Positions 44,147 to 54,385 of a stretch of DNA of 64,000 nucleotides are shown here, piece by piece. The stretch comes from Diplonema japonicum (Eukaryota > Protista > Euglenozoa: Diplonemea). The DNA lies in contig OZ025718.1 of assembly GCA_964019335.1 (NCBI GenBank), positions 310,001 through 374,000 of the forward strand. The letters run 5' to 3'. How positions within the stretch are numbered: position 1 is the first letter of the stretch; each line of letters starts with the position of its first letter. The notes beneath the pieces are model-generated. The model was given only the letters and a program-made list of their open reading frames with translations. It was not told where the DNA came from and did no database searches. The position numbers and the translations under genes were made by a program.

Positions 44147-47100
44147 TCAGGGCGGGTCGGATGCTTCGGAGCCGCTCCACGCCAGCTGGTCTGAGCCTTC
44201 GGTTTTTTTAAAGCTCTCTTCCTTTTCCTGTGTACTTTTCTCTTCCTTCTTTTCTCCGTCCCGTGCTTGTGGGGCGTCGGGGGCCGTGTTTTCTGCTTGT
44301 TCAACCTGTGTAGCCTCCATGTCACCTTCGCGTGTGTCATTCGCTTGAGCCTCCTCCATGTCACCTTCTTCTTCCCTCTTTTCTTCACCTGTTGTTTCTA
44401 AAGCATCGGGGACTTCGCTTTCCTCGGCTTCAATGCATTTTGTATCGGGTGTTTGTTCGTGCACCTCTTCCATGGCACCTTCTTCCTTCTTTTCCTCACC
44501 TGTTGTTTCTAAAGCATCGGGGGCTTCGCTTTCCTCGGCTTCAATGCATTTTGTATCGGCTGTTTCTTTGTGCGCCTCTTCCATGTCACCTTCTTCCTTC
44601 TTTTCTTCGCCTGTTGCTTCTAAGGCGTCAGGAGCTTCGCTTTGCTCTGCTTTAATGATGCATTTTGCATCCCCTTCGCGTGTGTCATCTTCTTCGGTTT
44701 CAACGTCCTCCTGCATGCCACCTTCTCCCTCTTTTTCTTCACCTGTCGTTGCTAAGGCGTCGGGGCCTGTTGTGCGGGTCCCTTCCCGTACTGCCTCCAT
44801 GTCTCCCTCATGTGTGTCATGGTTCGTCTCCGTCACAGGTGCTTCCTTCATGGGGCTTTTTTCTTCCTCATCAGGTGTGCCTCTTGCACCGGGCATTTCT
44901 TGTTGCGCTGCTTCCGTGTCGCTCGCACCTTTTGTTCGTTCGGCCTCTGCACCTGCCTCCGCACTCGATGCTCCCTCGGCTTTTTCGGCCTGCGCTTGCT
45001 CCTGTTTTTGTGCCTGTTCCTCCTGCCGCTTGGCCATTTCTGTCGCCTTCGCAAAGCACCCTTCGCAGAAGCAGAAATCGCACGTTGCAACAGTGGGACA
45101 CCCGAAGACGGGGTGCTCTGCGGTGAAGTTTTTGCCACAGCCATCACAGCCCCATTCAGGGAAGGGGCAGGGGTCGAGTTGTGACAAGGCGTTGGTGCAC
45201 TTTCTACACGCGTTAGGTGGGCAGGAGGCTGCCTGCTGAGCTGCTTCTCGTTGCTTAACTGCTTGTTCGGCCTTTTGATAACACCCACCACAGAAGCAAT
45301 AGTCGCAGGTTGTAACAGTGGGACACCCGAAGACGGGGTGCTCTGCGGTGAAGTTCGTCCCACAGCCATCACAGCCCCATTCAGGGAAGGGGCAGGGGTC
45401 GAGTTGTGACATAGCGGTGGCGCATTTTTTACATGCGGTGGGTGGGGGCGGGCTGGATTTTGCAGCGGCTTCTTTCTCTGCTTTTTCATAACAAGTTTGA
45501 CAGAAGCAGAAATCGCAGGCTTGGACTGTGGGGCAGCCGAAGGCGGGCTGCTCGGCTGTGTGGACGGTACCGCAACCATCACAGCCCCACTCGGGGAAGG
45601 GGTTGGGGTCGAGGCGGGAGAGGGGCTGAGAGCACTTTTTGCAGGCGTTGGGCGCAGGAGGTGGGTGCAGCATCCGCGCGGCAGACTTCTTAGCACGTTC
45701 AAAGCACGTTTCACAGAAGCAGAAATCACATTCAGAGACAGTGGGACACCCGTAGACGGGGTCAGCACTGGTGTAGTTCGAGCCACACCCGTCACACCCC
45801 CATGCGGGGAAGGGGCAGGTAGGATGCTTAGCCATCGCATGGTTGCACCCGTGGCAAGGATACGAGCCTTTGCTGATTGCAGAGAACATTTTATCCCGTA
45901 CTCCAGTGTAGCACTGGCTGCATAGGCAGTAGTCGCACTTCGCCATTGTGGGGCACCCGAAGCAAGGGTCGGCCTGGGTCTTCGTTGCCCCGCAGATGTC
46001 GCAGCCCCAGGCCTCAAAGGGCGTTGGGTTATATCTAGCCGCCTCTTCTCTACATTTCCCACAAGGCACAGGTACCCTGTCCTTAAGCTCTGCCCGCATG
46101 CTATCTTCGACCTTCGAGAAGCATTTTGCGCAGTAGCAGAAATCGCATTTTTCCAGAGTTGCACACCCGTATATTTCGTCGTTTTGTGTGTAGCTCTCGC
46201 CACACATGTCGCAGCCCCAGGCGGGGAATGGCGTCGTCGGGATCTTCCCCATTTTCTCCTTGCAGCTTTTGCAAGGCACGGACACGGCTCCCTTGCGGTT
46301 CTCGAGGATTTTGATGTTCCCCGCGACCCAGCACACCTCGCAGAAACACAGGTCGCACTCCCGCACCGTGATGCACCCGTAGCAGTGGTCCGTTTTAGTG
46401 AAGTGCGCTTTGCACGTGTCGCAGTCCCAGGTTTTAAACGGGGTCGTCGGGAGGAGGTGCACGCCCTCCTTGCACTTTTTGCATGGCATCTCGACACCCT
46501 CCTTCTTGATCTCCCGGAGCTGCGCCCCTCTTGTGTTGTAGCAGTCGGGGCAGATAAAGAACTTGCAGGTTTCTGGGGTTTCGCAACGATAACCGCGTTC
46601 GGAGGATCCGTCAAAGGTGAGGGAGCAGACATGGCAGCTGTACTCGGGGGAAGGTCCATCGTCTGTAGGTTGCACAAGGGCCGTGTTGCATCTGTGGCAG
46701 GCTATGCTGATGATTTCCTGCAGCTTCTTCCTGGTCTCAGCGGCGATCTTGTCGTAGCAACCCACGCACAACGGGACCTTGCACTCCATGGGCGTGGTGC
46801 ATGTGTAGCACGGCTCGGTTTGCGTGAACTGTTCACCGCAGTCCTCGCCCACGCAGTTCCAGGCCGGCCAGGGAGATTTTTTGTGTTTTTTCAGAGTTTT
46901 TGAACAGCTTGGGCATGGTATCTCGACAGGGAGGCCTCCTTTATCCTTCATGGCTGCCAGCCAACGTTCGTATTTTTCTTCCGCGCCCTTGTCAAGCTTG
47001 CCCCAGTCGATACACTGGTACGTGTTGATGTACTTGAGCCCGCTGGTGCAGACCTCTCGTTTCTTGTAGGACGAAATTTTTGCGTTGAAGCTGTCTAATG

Positions 47101-47971
47101 TTTCCTTTGCCACGGAGTTGCAACCGATGTTGAGCTGTGTGAGCGAGGTGTTGGAAGAGAGCGCGTCGGAGAGCGCGGACACGGTCTTCTCAGTGATCTT
47201 GTTTCGGTACATTTCGAGGCATTTCAGATGTTCGTTTCCGGCAAGGGTGGCGACAAGTGCCACACCACCGGCGTCCGTGATCTCGTTTCCCGAAAGGTTG
47301 AGAATTTCGAGGGTTTTGTTGCGTTCAAGACACTTCGCAAGGGCCATCGCCCCCACATCGCTGATCCTCGTGTTGTAAAAATCCAATCTGGTGAGGGATT
47401 TGTTCTCCTGCAGCGCTTCTGCCAAACCAATCATACACTCGTCCCCTACAAATGTGTCGCTTAAGCACAAGCTTGATATTGACCCATTATTCTTCATGGC
47501 GGTGGCTAGGTAGCCCCCTCCCTCGTCGTCAAACTCGTTCTGGTTGAGCTGCAAGGTTGTCAATGTTGTGTTTTGCTTCAAAGAATCCGCTAGAAACCGT
47601 GCCCCGTGGTTGCCGATGTTGTTATATGAAAGGTCCAGGACCTGCAGAGTGCTATTCTGTTTCATGGCTTCTGCACAGTGGCCTGCTCCGTCGTCGCTGA
47701 TAATGTTGTGTGAAAGGTTGAGCTGCAACACGATTGTGTTGCGGCCGAAGTGCTTGAAGATGTCGCCCATGGCCTCATCGCCTATTTTGTAGTGGTGTAG
47801 GAGCCCTACTTTCTGGTCTGGGTACATTTTCATCCGAGTGAATATCTGGTTGGCCTCCTCGTTTAGGAACTCGCTGTCTTCTTCCAGATCCTTGTTCATG
47901 AGCCTGTCGGTTTTTTCTTTTTCCGTTTCGCTCCGGCGGGTTAGGCACCAGTGCAGCAGTTGAAATGCCAT
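44147..47971 (-). CDS. RI-type LRR protein with nine Cys-rich (ZZ/C1-like) repeats and an acidic repetitive tail
   Basis: 28-aa LRRs (LxxLxLxxNxIxDxGAxxLAxxLxxN); nine CxxC...PFPxWxCDxCG...GCxxxxxCDFCFCxxC units; ~40-aa acidic repeats. Intronless 1274-aa ORF. Confidence 0.88.
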   Translation of the reverse strand: MAFQLLHWCLTRRSETEKEKTDRLMNKDLEEDSEFLNEEANQIFTRMKMYPDQKVGLLHHYKIGDEAMGDIFKHFGRNTIVLQLNLSHNIISDDGAGHCAEAMKQNSTLQVLDLSYNNIGNHGARFLADSLKQNTTLTTLQLNQNEFDDEGGGYLATAMKNNGSISSLCLSDTFVGDECMIGLAEALQENKSLTRLDFYNTRISDVGAMALAKCLERNKTLEILNLSGNEITDAGGVALVATLAGNEHLKCLEMYRNKITEKTVSALSDALSSNTSLTQLNIGCNSVAKETLDSFNAKISSYKKREVCTSGLKYINTYQCIDWGKLDKGAEEKYERWLAAMKDKGGLPVEIPCPSCSKTLKKHKKSPWPAWNCVGEDCGEQFTQTEPCYTCTTPMECKVPLCVGCYDKIAAETRKKLQEIISIACHRCNTALVQPTDDGPSPEYSCHVCSLTFDGSSERGYRCETPETCKFFICPDCYNTRGAQLREIKKEGVEMPCKKCKEGVHLLPTTPFKTWDCDTCKAHFTKTDHCYGCITVRECDLCFCEVCWVAGNIKILENRKGAVSVPCKSCKEKMGKIPTTPFPAWGCDMCGESYTQNDEIYGCATLEKCDFCYCAKCFSKVEDSMRAELKDRVPVPCGKCREEAARYNPTPFEAWGCDICGATKTQADPCFGCPTMAKCDYCLCSQCYTGVRDKMFSAISKGSYPCHGCNHAMAKHPTCPFPAWGCDGCGSNYTSADPVYGCPTVSECDFCFCETCFERAKKSAARMLHPPPAPNACKKCSQPLSRLDPNPFPEWGCDGCGTVHTAEQPAFGCPTVQACDFCFCQTCYEKAEKEAAAKSSPPPPTACKKCATAMSQLDPCPFPEWGCDGCGTNFTAEHPVFGCPTVTTCDYCFCGGCYQKAEQAVKQREAAQQAASCPPNACRKCTNALSQLDPCPFPEWGCDGCGKNFTAEHPVFGCPTVATCDFCFCEGCFAKATEMAKRQEEQAQKQEQAQAEKAEGASSAEAGAEAERTKGASDTEAAQQEMPGARGTPDEEEKSPMKEAPVTETNHDTHEGDMEAVREGTRTTGPDALATTGEEKEGEGGMQEDVETEEDDTREGDAKCIIKAEQSEAPDALEATGEEKKEEGDMEEAHKETADTKCIEAEESEAPDALETTGEEKKEEGAMEEVHEQTPDTKCIEAEESEVPDALETTGEEKREEEGDMEEAQANDTREGDMEATQVEQAENTAPDAPQARDGEKKEEKSTQEKEESFKKTEGSDQLAWSGSEASDPP
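44320..44780 (-). repeat. ~120-bp coding tandem repeats (TKCIEAEESEAPDALETTGEEKKEEGDMEE)
   Basis: Near-identical blocks such as CACCTGTTGTTTCTAAAGCATCGGGG at ~44387 and ~44497-44522. Confidence 0.85.
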
Positions 47972-48145
47972 TTTTTTTTTTTTTTTTTTTTCCCTTTCTC
48001 TTTTTCCCTTTTTTTGTGTGGTGGAAACGCGGGATTAAAAAAAAAAAAAAAAAAAAGAAAGCTAGATTTAAAAAAAAAAAAAAAAAAAATGGGGCTTTAA
48101 TTGCAACACTAGGTGGCGTTAAGCGTGCAATGAAGCACGAACTAC

Positions 48146-48485
48146 CTACTTGATTACAGGGGGCGCTCCTCGGCCGAGCAGTAGCTTCTTCTGCGTTCCG
48201 CGTCGTGTCCTTAATGCGTGCGGTGTGCTCAACCCCAGCCGGGGCGTCCCGGGTAACCAAGATTCTGCGCTCGTGCAGTTTGCTGTTTGTTCGTCACCCT
48301 GAGCATCTGCGTTACGTTCTTCCACTCGGGCGCTACCGGTGATGACCGACGAGGAGGTCAACAGCGAACAACACATCTGATGTACTTCTTATATTTACAT
48401 GTTATCCCCACCACCTTTAAAAAAAAAAAGAAGAAAAAAAAAAAAAAGAGAGACATTTAAGGGTACCTGCGGTATGTGACAGGAC
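48146..48485. mobile_element. Dispersed repeat family A, copy 2 (body, poly-A, then the 38-nt motif)
   Basis: Body aligns with 12505-12749. The motif at 48448-48485 is identical to 12399-12436. Confidence 0.8.
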
Positions 48486-48886
48486 GCCTAAAAAAGGAAA
48501 GAAAAACACACAGTTCACGGTGAGTAAAACTTCCCATATAAAAGGTAAACTCGGAAACCTTTTTTCTCCCCCCCACCACCATCCACCGAAGTTGTCTTGG
48601 AAATAGCCTTTCGCCAAATTTCCATAGCCTCAACCAATGCGCCCTCAGGTCACTTATCGTCACGAAGTCACAAATAGAGGAGACTGAGTGGGAGGGAAGA
48701 GGATGGGGCAAAAAATGCAATTTTCTTGGTGGGGGGAAAAAAAAAGTTTCTTTGCTCACTGTGAACCCGGTGGGGGGGGGCTTTTTTTTTTCTCCCCCCC
48801 CCCAAAAAAATAACCGTAACACATATTATACAGGGGGGAGAGGCTTACAAACCTCCTCCCTATTTTTTTTTTTCTTTTTTTTTTTT

Positions 48887-49492
48887 TTAACATCTCATTT
48901 CAATATCGTGGCTGCCTTGGACAGACTGCATATCCATGAGATCATCATCCTCGGCGTCGGAGAGTTCTTCGATTGCTGGAGATATAATTCGATTTCCAGA
49001 GCTGTCAGTCTTCTGTCGGTCCTTATCCGGCTCGGCTAACGCGTTCAAAATGTGTTGGAAGAGATTCTTCTTGATTTTTAGGCGGAGGGGCTGTTGGGAA
49101 GGAACGGTGAATGGGGTAACGCTGAGCGGGGGTGCTTTATAGTACTCGATCAGTTTTTGGCCTTCGCCCTTTAGCAAAAGCGGCATGTATTTCATGACCA
49201 GTTTGCGGTCTATACAAATCTCAACGAATTCGGAACTTTCACTGGGGTTTTCGCTGGATTTTACAATTGCTGATACCCGTCTCCGCTTCCCGTTCGTCTT
49301 CTGGTCAACCTCCAAGTCCCGCAACATGCTGCAGAGCGCGTCTGTCTGCGCACCATGCTTTCGCTTCACCCCTCGAATAAACTTCCGAACCCGCTCCTCT
49401 TGTTCTTTTTCAGTGTACTTCCGCCGCTTGACCTTGTCATCCAGGGAAATGTCCTCCATTTGTTCAATAATACTGCTGAGATCTCTCTTCAT
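48887..49492 (-). CDS. Hypothetical protein, 201 aa
   Basis: Complex-composition ORF with ATG after A24; no recognisable domain. Confidence 0.7.
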   Translation of the reverse strand: MKRDLSSIIEQMEDISLDDKVKRRKYTEKEQEERVRKFIRGVKRKHGAQTDALCSMLRDLEVDQKTNGKRRRVSAIVKSSENPSESSEFVEICIDRKLVMKYMPLLLKGEGQKLIEYYKAPPLSVTPFTVPSQQPLRLKIKKNLFQHILNALAEPDKDRQKTDSSGNRIISPAIEELSDAEDDDLMDMQSVQGSHDIEMRC

Positions 49493-49629
49493 TTTTTTTT
49501 TTTTTTTTTTTTTTTTGCCCTGTGCTGTCTTTTTTATTTTTTGAGGAGAAAGAAAGTGTGGAAAAAAAAAGAAGGGGGGGAAAAAACACTTTTTTTTTTT
49601 TTTGAAAATCTTTTAAAAAAAAAAAAAAA

Positions 49630-51426
49630 TCAATCTTCAAGCTCCTGTAACGAGTCCAGATCTTCGTTTTCCGCGTCTCCTTCCGAGCCAGCAGAGACTT
49701 CTTCGTCGGTGGCGATGTCCCCTGGGTTCAGGAGGAGGTCGTCCAAATCAATGTCGTCACTAAAAAAAAATTAAAAAATTATTTTTTTTTCCCCCCCCAT
49801 ACTTGGTCACCCTCGGCTCCCACAGTTTCAACGTCCGATCGTAAGAGCAGCTGATGACGGCCCCGTCGGTAGGGCTGATGTCAACACCCATCACCTTGTT
49901 GTCATGCCCGCGGAGGGTCTTGATGAGCTGATAAGAAATATTTTTTTCCCCTCTTTTTTTTTTTTTTTTTTTTTCCAAACCTTGAAATCCGTTGTGTCCC
50001 ACAAGGACACAGAACAGTCGTAAGAAGCAGTTGCCAAGAAATCTCCCTTTTGCGGTTCGAACGCTACACTCGACACAAGCTGAGAGTGCGCCGTGACCGT
50101 TTTAAGCAGAACCTGCCGCCGGAGGTCCCACAGCTTGATAAGATTGTCGTCACCGCCAGTGCAGACCAACCACCCGTTTGGGGAAAACGAGAGCGCGATA
50201 ACCTGTTTCGTGTGGCCTTCAAGAACATGGACACATCTCCCATGCCGGAGATCCCAGATCCTCCCTGTCCCGCTGACGTCGGTTGTTGCAACAAGCGACC
50301 CATCGGGATGGAAGTCGATCCCGTACACAGGAGCAGAGTGGCCTTCTTGTTCAAGTAAACTGTATGATTCACGGCCAGCGGTTACATCCCAAAGCCGCCA
50401 TGTTCTGTCTTGTCCTGACGAGGCGACGAAGTTCCCGGATGGGTGGAAAGCGACTTTGTTGACCGTGTTCGTGTGCCCGCCGAGGGTTTGAAGCGGTTCT
50501 TTGTTTTTTAAAGACCACAGTTTCACGGATTTGTCGGAGCTGGACGACACGAAATTAACTGCAGTCTCGGACTGGCCTTTCATGGAGTGCGGGTGCCATG
50601 CTACACCTGTGACCCTGTTGTTGTGGCCGCCATAAACAGATACATAGTCTTCGGCCTTGTCGCAGTTTGGAATAGTGAACAGTCTGATAAACTGGTCCCA
50701 TGACGATACAAGGGAATACTCGCCGTTTGGGGACGCTTTTATGGCAGAGAGAGGGCGTTCTCCTCCGATTTGCGAGGCTGTGTTGATGTATTGTTTCAAA
50801 CCCTTTGCCTTGACCTCCCGCATCTCGTCCCGCTCGCTTCGCGTCATTTTCAGGAGGTTTTCACGTTGTTCTTTCTGTTGTTTTACTCTGTTTCTTGCGC
50901 TCACAAGAGAGTATTTTGAGATTTCCAGCCGGGAATCTTTTAACGCCTCGGATCCTTCTGTGAAGAATCTGGTTTTTTCTTTAGTTTGTTGGATAGGCTG
51001 TGCTGTGGATGCTGTTGGGAGGCACGCGCCTCCTTCTACTTTTTTTGTGAGGATTTGTCGTAAGCGAAGGCGTCTTTCGTATGGGCCTTCGCCGAACAAG
51101 GTAACCGGTTCGCGGAGGGATCGGAGCTTTATACGAACGTCCGGGTCAAGTACCGGTACGGCGGCCTCGATGTCTCTTGATATTTGTTTTTCTCTCATTA
51201 TGCGCATTGCTTCTTTCTTCGCTTCCACGGCCTCGCGGCTTTCCCTGCTCTGCTCGCCTGTTTCGTTCATTTGCATCCTCGGTTGCTGTTGGTGGTGTTG
51301 TTGTTGTTGTTGTTGTTGTGCGTGTCCGGACCTTCTCGCAATACTCGCAGCCTGTCCTTCAAGACTCCCGAAAACTATCTTATCCGCGCCTTCTTTGAGG
51401 TTCGGAACGAACCCATCTTCCGCCAT
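49630..51426 (-). CDS. PRPF4: U4/U6 snRNP protein Prp4 (PRP4 motif plus WD40 repeats)
   Basis: [47 protein letters not shown]40 repeats. Introns 49928-49980 and 49760-49802 give an acidic tail ending ELED*. Confidence 0.93.
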
Positions 51427-51620
51427 TTTCTTCTTCTTTTTTTTCCTCCCTCTTTTTTTTTTTTTGTGGGGTCACAGAAATATTATAAAAAAAAAAATAG
51501 AATTGAAACAAATCTTATGGGGGGGGGTGTTAAAAAAAATGTGTAAAAAATATGGAATTTTTTTTTCTTTATAGCATGAATAAATTATAATAAAAAAAAA
51601 AAAAAAAAAAAAAAATCTCA

Positions 51621-52754
51621 TCAAATAACCCTCGTGTCAAATCCTGCGATTGTCTCTCCGACGGGAAGGCTCCTTCCGGCAACCTGTTCCTGCACCGATC
51701 GGATGAGATCAGAGAGCAAAATCTGGCTGTGGTCGGTGGTTTTAAGGTAATAAGACAGCGCTGGCAAGACGGCACCCGGGAAGATCGCGGGAGAAGGCGA
51801 CATAAACACCGAAGGAATACGCAGAGTGAGGGCGGAGACCGAGCTCGACTTCGCAATGAACGTGACTTCCGTGAGGAAATCGAGGATGAGCGCGGTGTTG
51901 GGCGGGATGTGGTTCAAGAGCCAGCCGATATCAAGCACTTTACCATCGTGAAGGGAAATACCTGAAGTTTTGTGGTTTTGAAACACAACCAGCCCGTGCA
52001 ACCCTCCCGCGGATATTGAAGATTCTTCACCCCTCCAGTTATGTTCACAAACCATCTCTTCCAAACAACCTTCAACATTGGACATAGTTGCCTCTGCGCC
52101 TATCAACGCCAGGCTGTCCATCTTTTCCGACAAAATTTCATTGAAAAAGCTTAGTTCCATAACCGATTCTAGGTCTTCGGTTGCAGATATAATTACGCTT
52201 CTTGTGACTGAGGTGTCCGTCTTCCGTCCAGATTCATCAACAGTTTTAATGGCCTTGTCGTTGTCACGGGAGCTGAGGACAGAACGGTCGTCGGTTAGCT
52301 GCCAGTCACATTGTGACCTCTCAACCCATTTTCCCATAGCGATGGACGGTCGTCTGACAGGGTGGCTTGTCACGGCCAAGGCGGAGAGAATCTCTTGGAT
52401 TGGGTCGGTTTTAGCAGCTGGGCACTTGTGTTCTTGTTGGAGCCAGTTCAACGCCCAGCGTAATGTTTCGATTTCGAATTCGGTGCTCTGGCGCTTGAAC
52501 GCGGTGCTCGAGACCTTTTTTGTGATTTTCTCAACGGCGTTGGTGACCTCCGGGGCGTTTTCGTCGTCCTTCTTCGCCGGTGTTTTTGTTCTTCTCTTGA
52601 GGCCTCGCAGCGCGTACCTTGCTGCCGTTTTTTCACTCACGCCATCCTCCACCATTTCCTTGTAAAGCGTGTCAAATCGGCGTTTCTTTTCACAGCACGC
52701 CCACACCCCTCCCGCGGCTGCCCCAGACAGCACCAGCGCTGTTGCCCAATGCAT
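51621..52754 (-). CDS. N-terminally anchored protein with a degenerate caspase/metacaspase-like (C14) domain
   Basis: Hydrophobic N-terminus; EATMSNVEGCL...LVVFQNH...LHDGKVLDIGWLL...ALILDFL...LSDLIRSVQEQV...P follows the C14 motif order. ORF is confident, family call tentative. Confidence 0.55.
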   Translation of the reverse strand: MHWATALVLSGAAAGGVWACCEKKRRFDTLYKEMVEDGVSEKTAARYALRGLKRRTKTPAKKDDENAPEVTNAVEKITKKVSSTAFKRQSTEFEIETLRWALNWLQQEHKCPAAKTDPIQEILSALAVTSHPVRRPSIAMGKWVERSQCDWQLTDDRSVLSSRDNDKAIKTVDESGRKTDTSVTRSVIISATEDLESVMELSFFNEILSEKMDSLALIGAEATMSNVEGCLEEMVCEHNWRGEESSISAGGLHGLVVFQNHKTSGISLHDGKVLDIGWLLNHIPPNTALILDFLTEVTFIAKSSSVSALTLRIPSVFMSPSPAIFPGAVLPALSYYLKTTDHSQILLSDLIRSVQEQVAGRSLPVGETIAGFDTRVI

Positions 52755-53070
52755 TTTTTTTTTTTTTAAATTTCTTTTCTTCTTTTTTGGTTGGATAGAT
52801 GTGGAGAAAAAAGAAGGAAAAAAAAAAAGATGGCAAATGGGGAGGGGGGCAGAGAAAAAAAAGCCAGATTCAGTAATGGGGGAGGGGGAGGTGAAAAGAT
52901 TTTTTTTTTTTTTGGATCTGGTCCGCCTTCGAAATGTAAAAAAAAAAAAAAAAAAGAGCTAGAGTATGGGAGGGCAAAAAAAAAAAAAAAAAAAAAACCA
53001 CTCGAACGACACAAATTTGGGCGCATAGGTCAGGGGGGGCCCGTTTCTTTCTAAAAAAAAAAAAAAAAAA

Positions 53071-53108
53071 GAGAGACATTTAAGGGTACCTGCGGTATGT
53101 GGCAGGAC
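53071..53108. repeat. Repeat family A 38-nt motif, solo copy
   Basis: 37/38 identical to 12399-12436 and again preceded by poly-A. Confidence 0.85.
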
Positions 53109-53310
53109 GCCCGAAGAGTCTCAATCTATCTCTTGATCGAACCTTTCTGCTGTGGTGTGGCCTTCGGCCCCTCGTCCACCCTCCTCGGTACCTTAGGTAT
53201 AAAAGCCTCAAACCGAGTTGGTTAGGACACAATAGTTGTACAGTTGTCTCTCAAGGATGTGGCGGGTCACCGGGGAGGCGAATACCGGTCTAGAGGAGTA
53301 AGAAAAAAAG

Positions 53311-53341
<31 letters not shown>

Positions 53342-53350
53342 AATTTGAGT

Positions 53351-54142
53351 CTATTGAGGTGCCTTCGACATGCGAAACACGATGCAAACCCGCTTTTCGT
53401 CGGAGAGGTCTTCTGTATCAATACCGTGCGTGAAATTATATCTCGAGTTCCCCGTGACAAGCTGTAGACAGTGGTTTGGGAAGAAAACCCTCTTTTCTAA
53501 CTGCGCCTCTACTCTCCCTGCGTCGATCTGGGGCTGCGTGGTACCGGAACGGAACTGTTTAAAGGTGACGGTGGCTGATCCGGAGAGGGTTAGAACGGCA
53601 AGCACAGGACCTGAAAGAGCGCGATCGTCGAAATGTGATGGGAGAAAGTCGTTCCGCATTTTCTCATAGGTATTGATGTTCCCCTCGTTGGGGACCCAGT
53701 CCTGGGGGAGAAGCTGTGCCCACGGTTGTTTCTTATCAGTTATCTTTTCAATGACTGGTTTTAGAAAATGAGGGGTTTTGTGTTCACCCTTTGAAGTGTC
53801 GGGTAATCTCGTTGCGCGTTCTGCATACAAAGTCACCAATCCGTAGTTTTTAACAAGGTACCTGTGGGAGTTGAACGTGGATTTCTTCCAGGAGCAGTCT
53901 GTCCAGGCCTCGATCTCGGCTATAAGATTATCCGCTTCTCGTTGCGTCACGAAGTCTTTGAACTGGTACAGGCCCTTCACCCCGACGCACTCCGCCTGCT
54001 TCAGCTCTTTGCTCGCGGCCATCATCTTCATCAAAGGGTTTGTCGTTGCCTTTTTCACCGCCTTCTTCGCTGCCTTCTTCATGTTCTCCTCGCTTGTGTT
54101 CTCGTCTTCGCTGATCTCTATTACCTCGAAGGGCCTTTTCAT
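53351..54142 (-). CDS. AlkB-family 2OG-Fe(II) dioxygenase (ALKBH4-like)
   Basis: HxD (SHFDDR), distal H (RYNFTHGI), RVCIVFR; GLYQFKDFVTQREADNLI. Confidence 0.88.
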   Translation of the reverse strand: MKRPFEVIEISEDENTSEENMKKAAKKAVKKATTNPLMKMMAASKELKQAECVGVKGLYQFKDFVTQREADNLIAEIEAWTDCSWKKSTFNSHRYLVKNYGLVTLYAERATRLPDTSKGEHKTPHFLKPVIEKITDKKQPWAQLLPQDWVPNEGNINTYEKMRNDFLPSHFDDRALSGPVLAVLTLSGSATVTFKQFRSGTTQPQIDAGRVEAQLEKRVFFPNHCLQLVTGNSRYNFTHGIDTEDLSDEKRVCIVFRMSKAPQ

Positions 54143-54385
54143 GCAGCACACCTTGGACGGGGTTTTTTTATTTAATTTTTTTTTTTCTTGCCCGTCTCTT
54201 TTTTTTTTTCTCTTCCATTTTTTTTTCCCCCCACGAAGATGGATAGGTTGTGCATGGAAAAAAAAAAAAGAAAATCAATAAAAAAAAAAGAAAATTGCCC
54301 CCCCCCCCTCCCTCCTCCCATGGTGCAATTTTTTTTTTTTTAAATTCTTTTTCCGCGTAAGCAAAAAAAAAAAAAAAAAAAAAAT

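Noticed and set aside
44848-46677. 609-aa alternative-frame ORF overlapping the Cys-repeat region
   Set aside because: An A/T/S/P-rich frame shift of a GC-rich repetitive CDS, with no domain signal.
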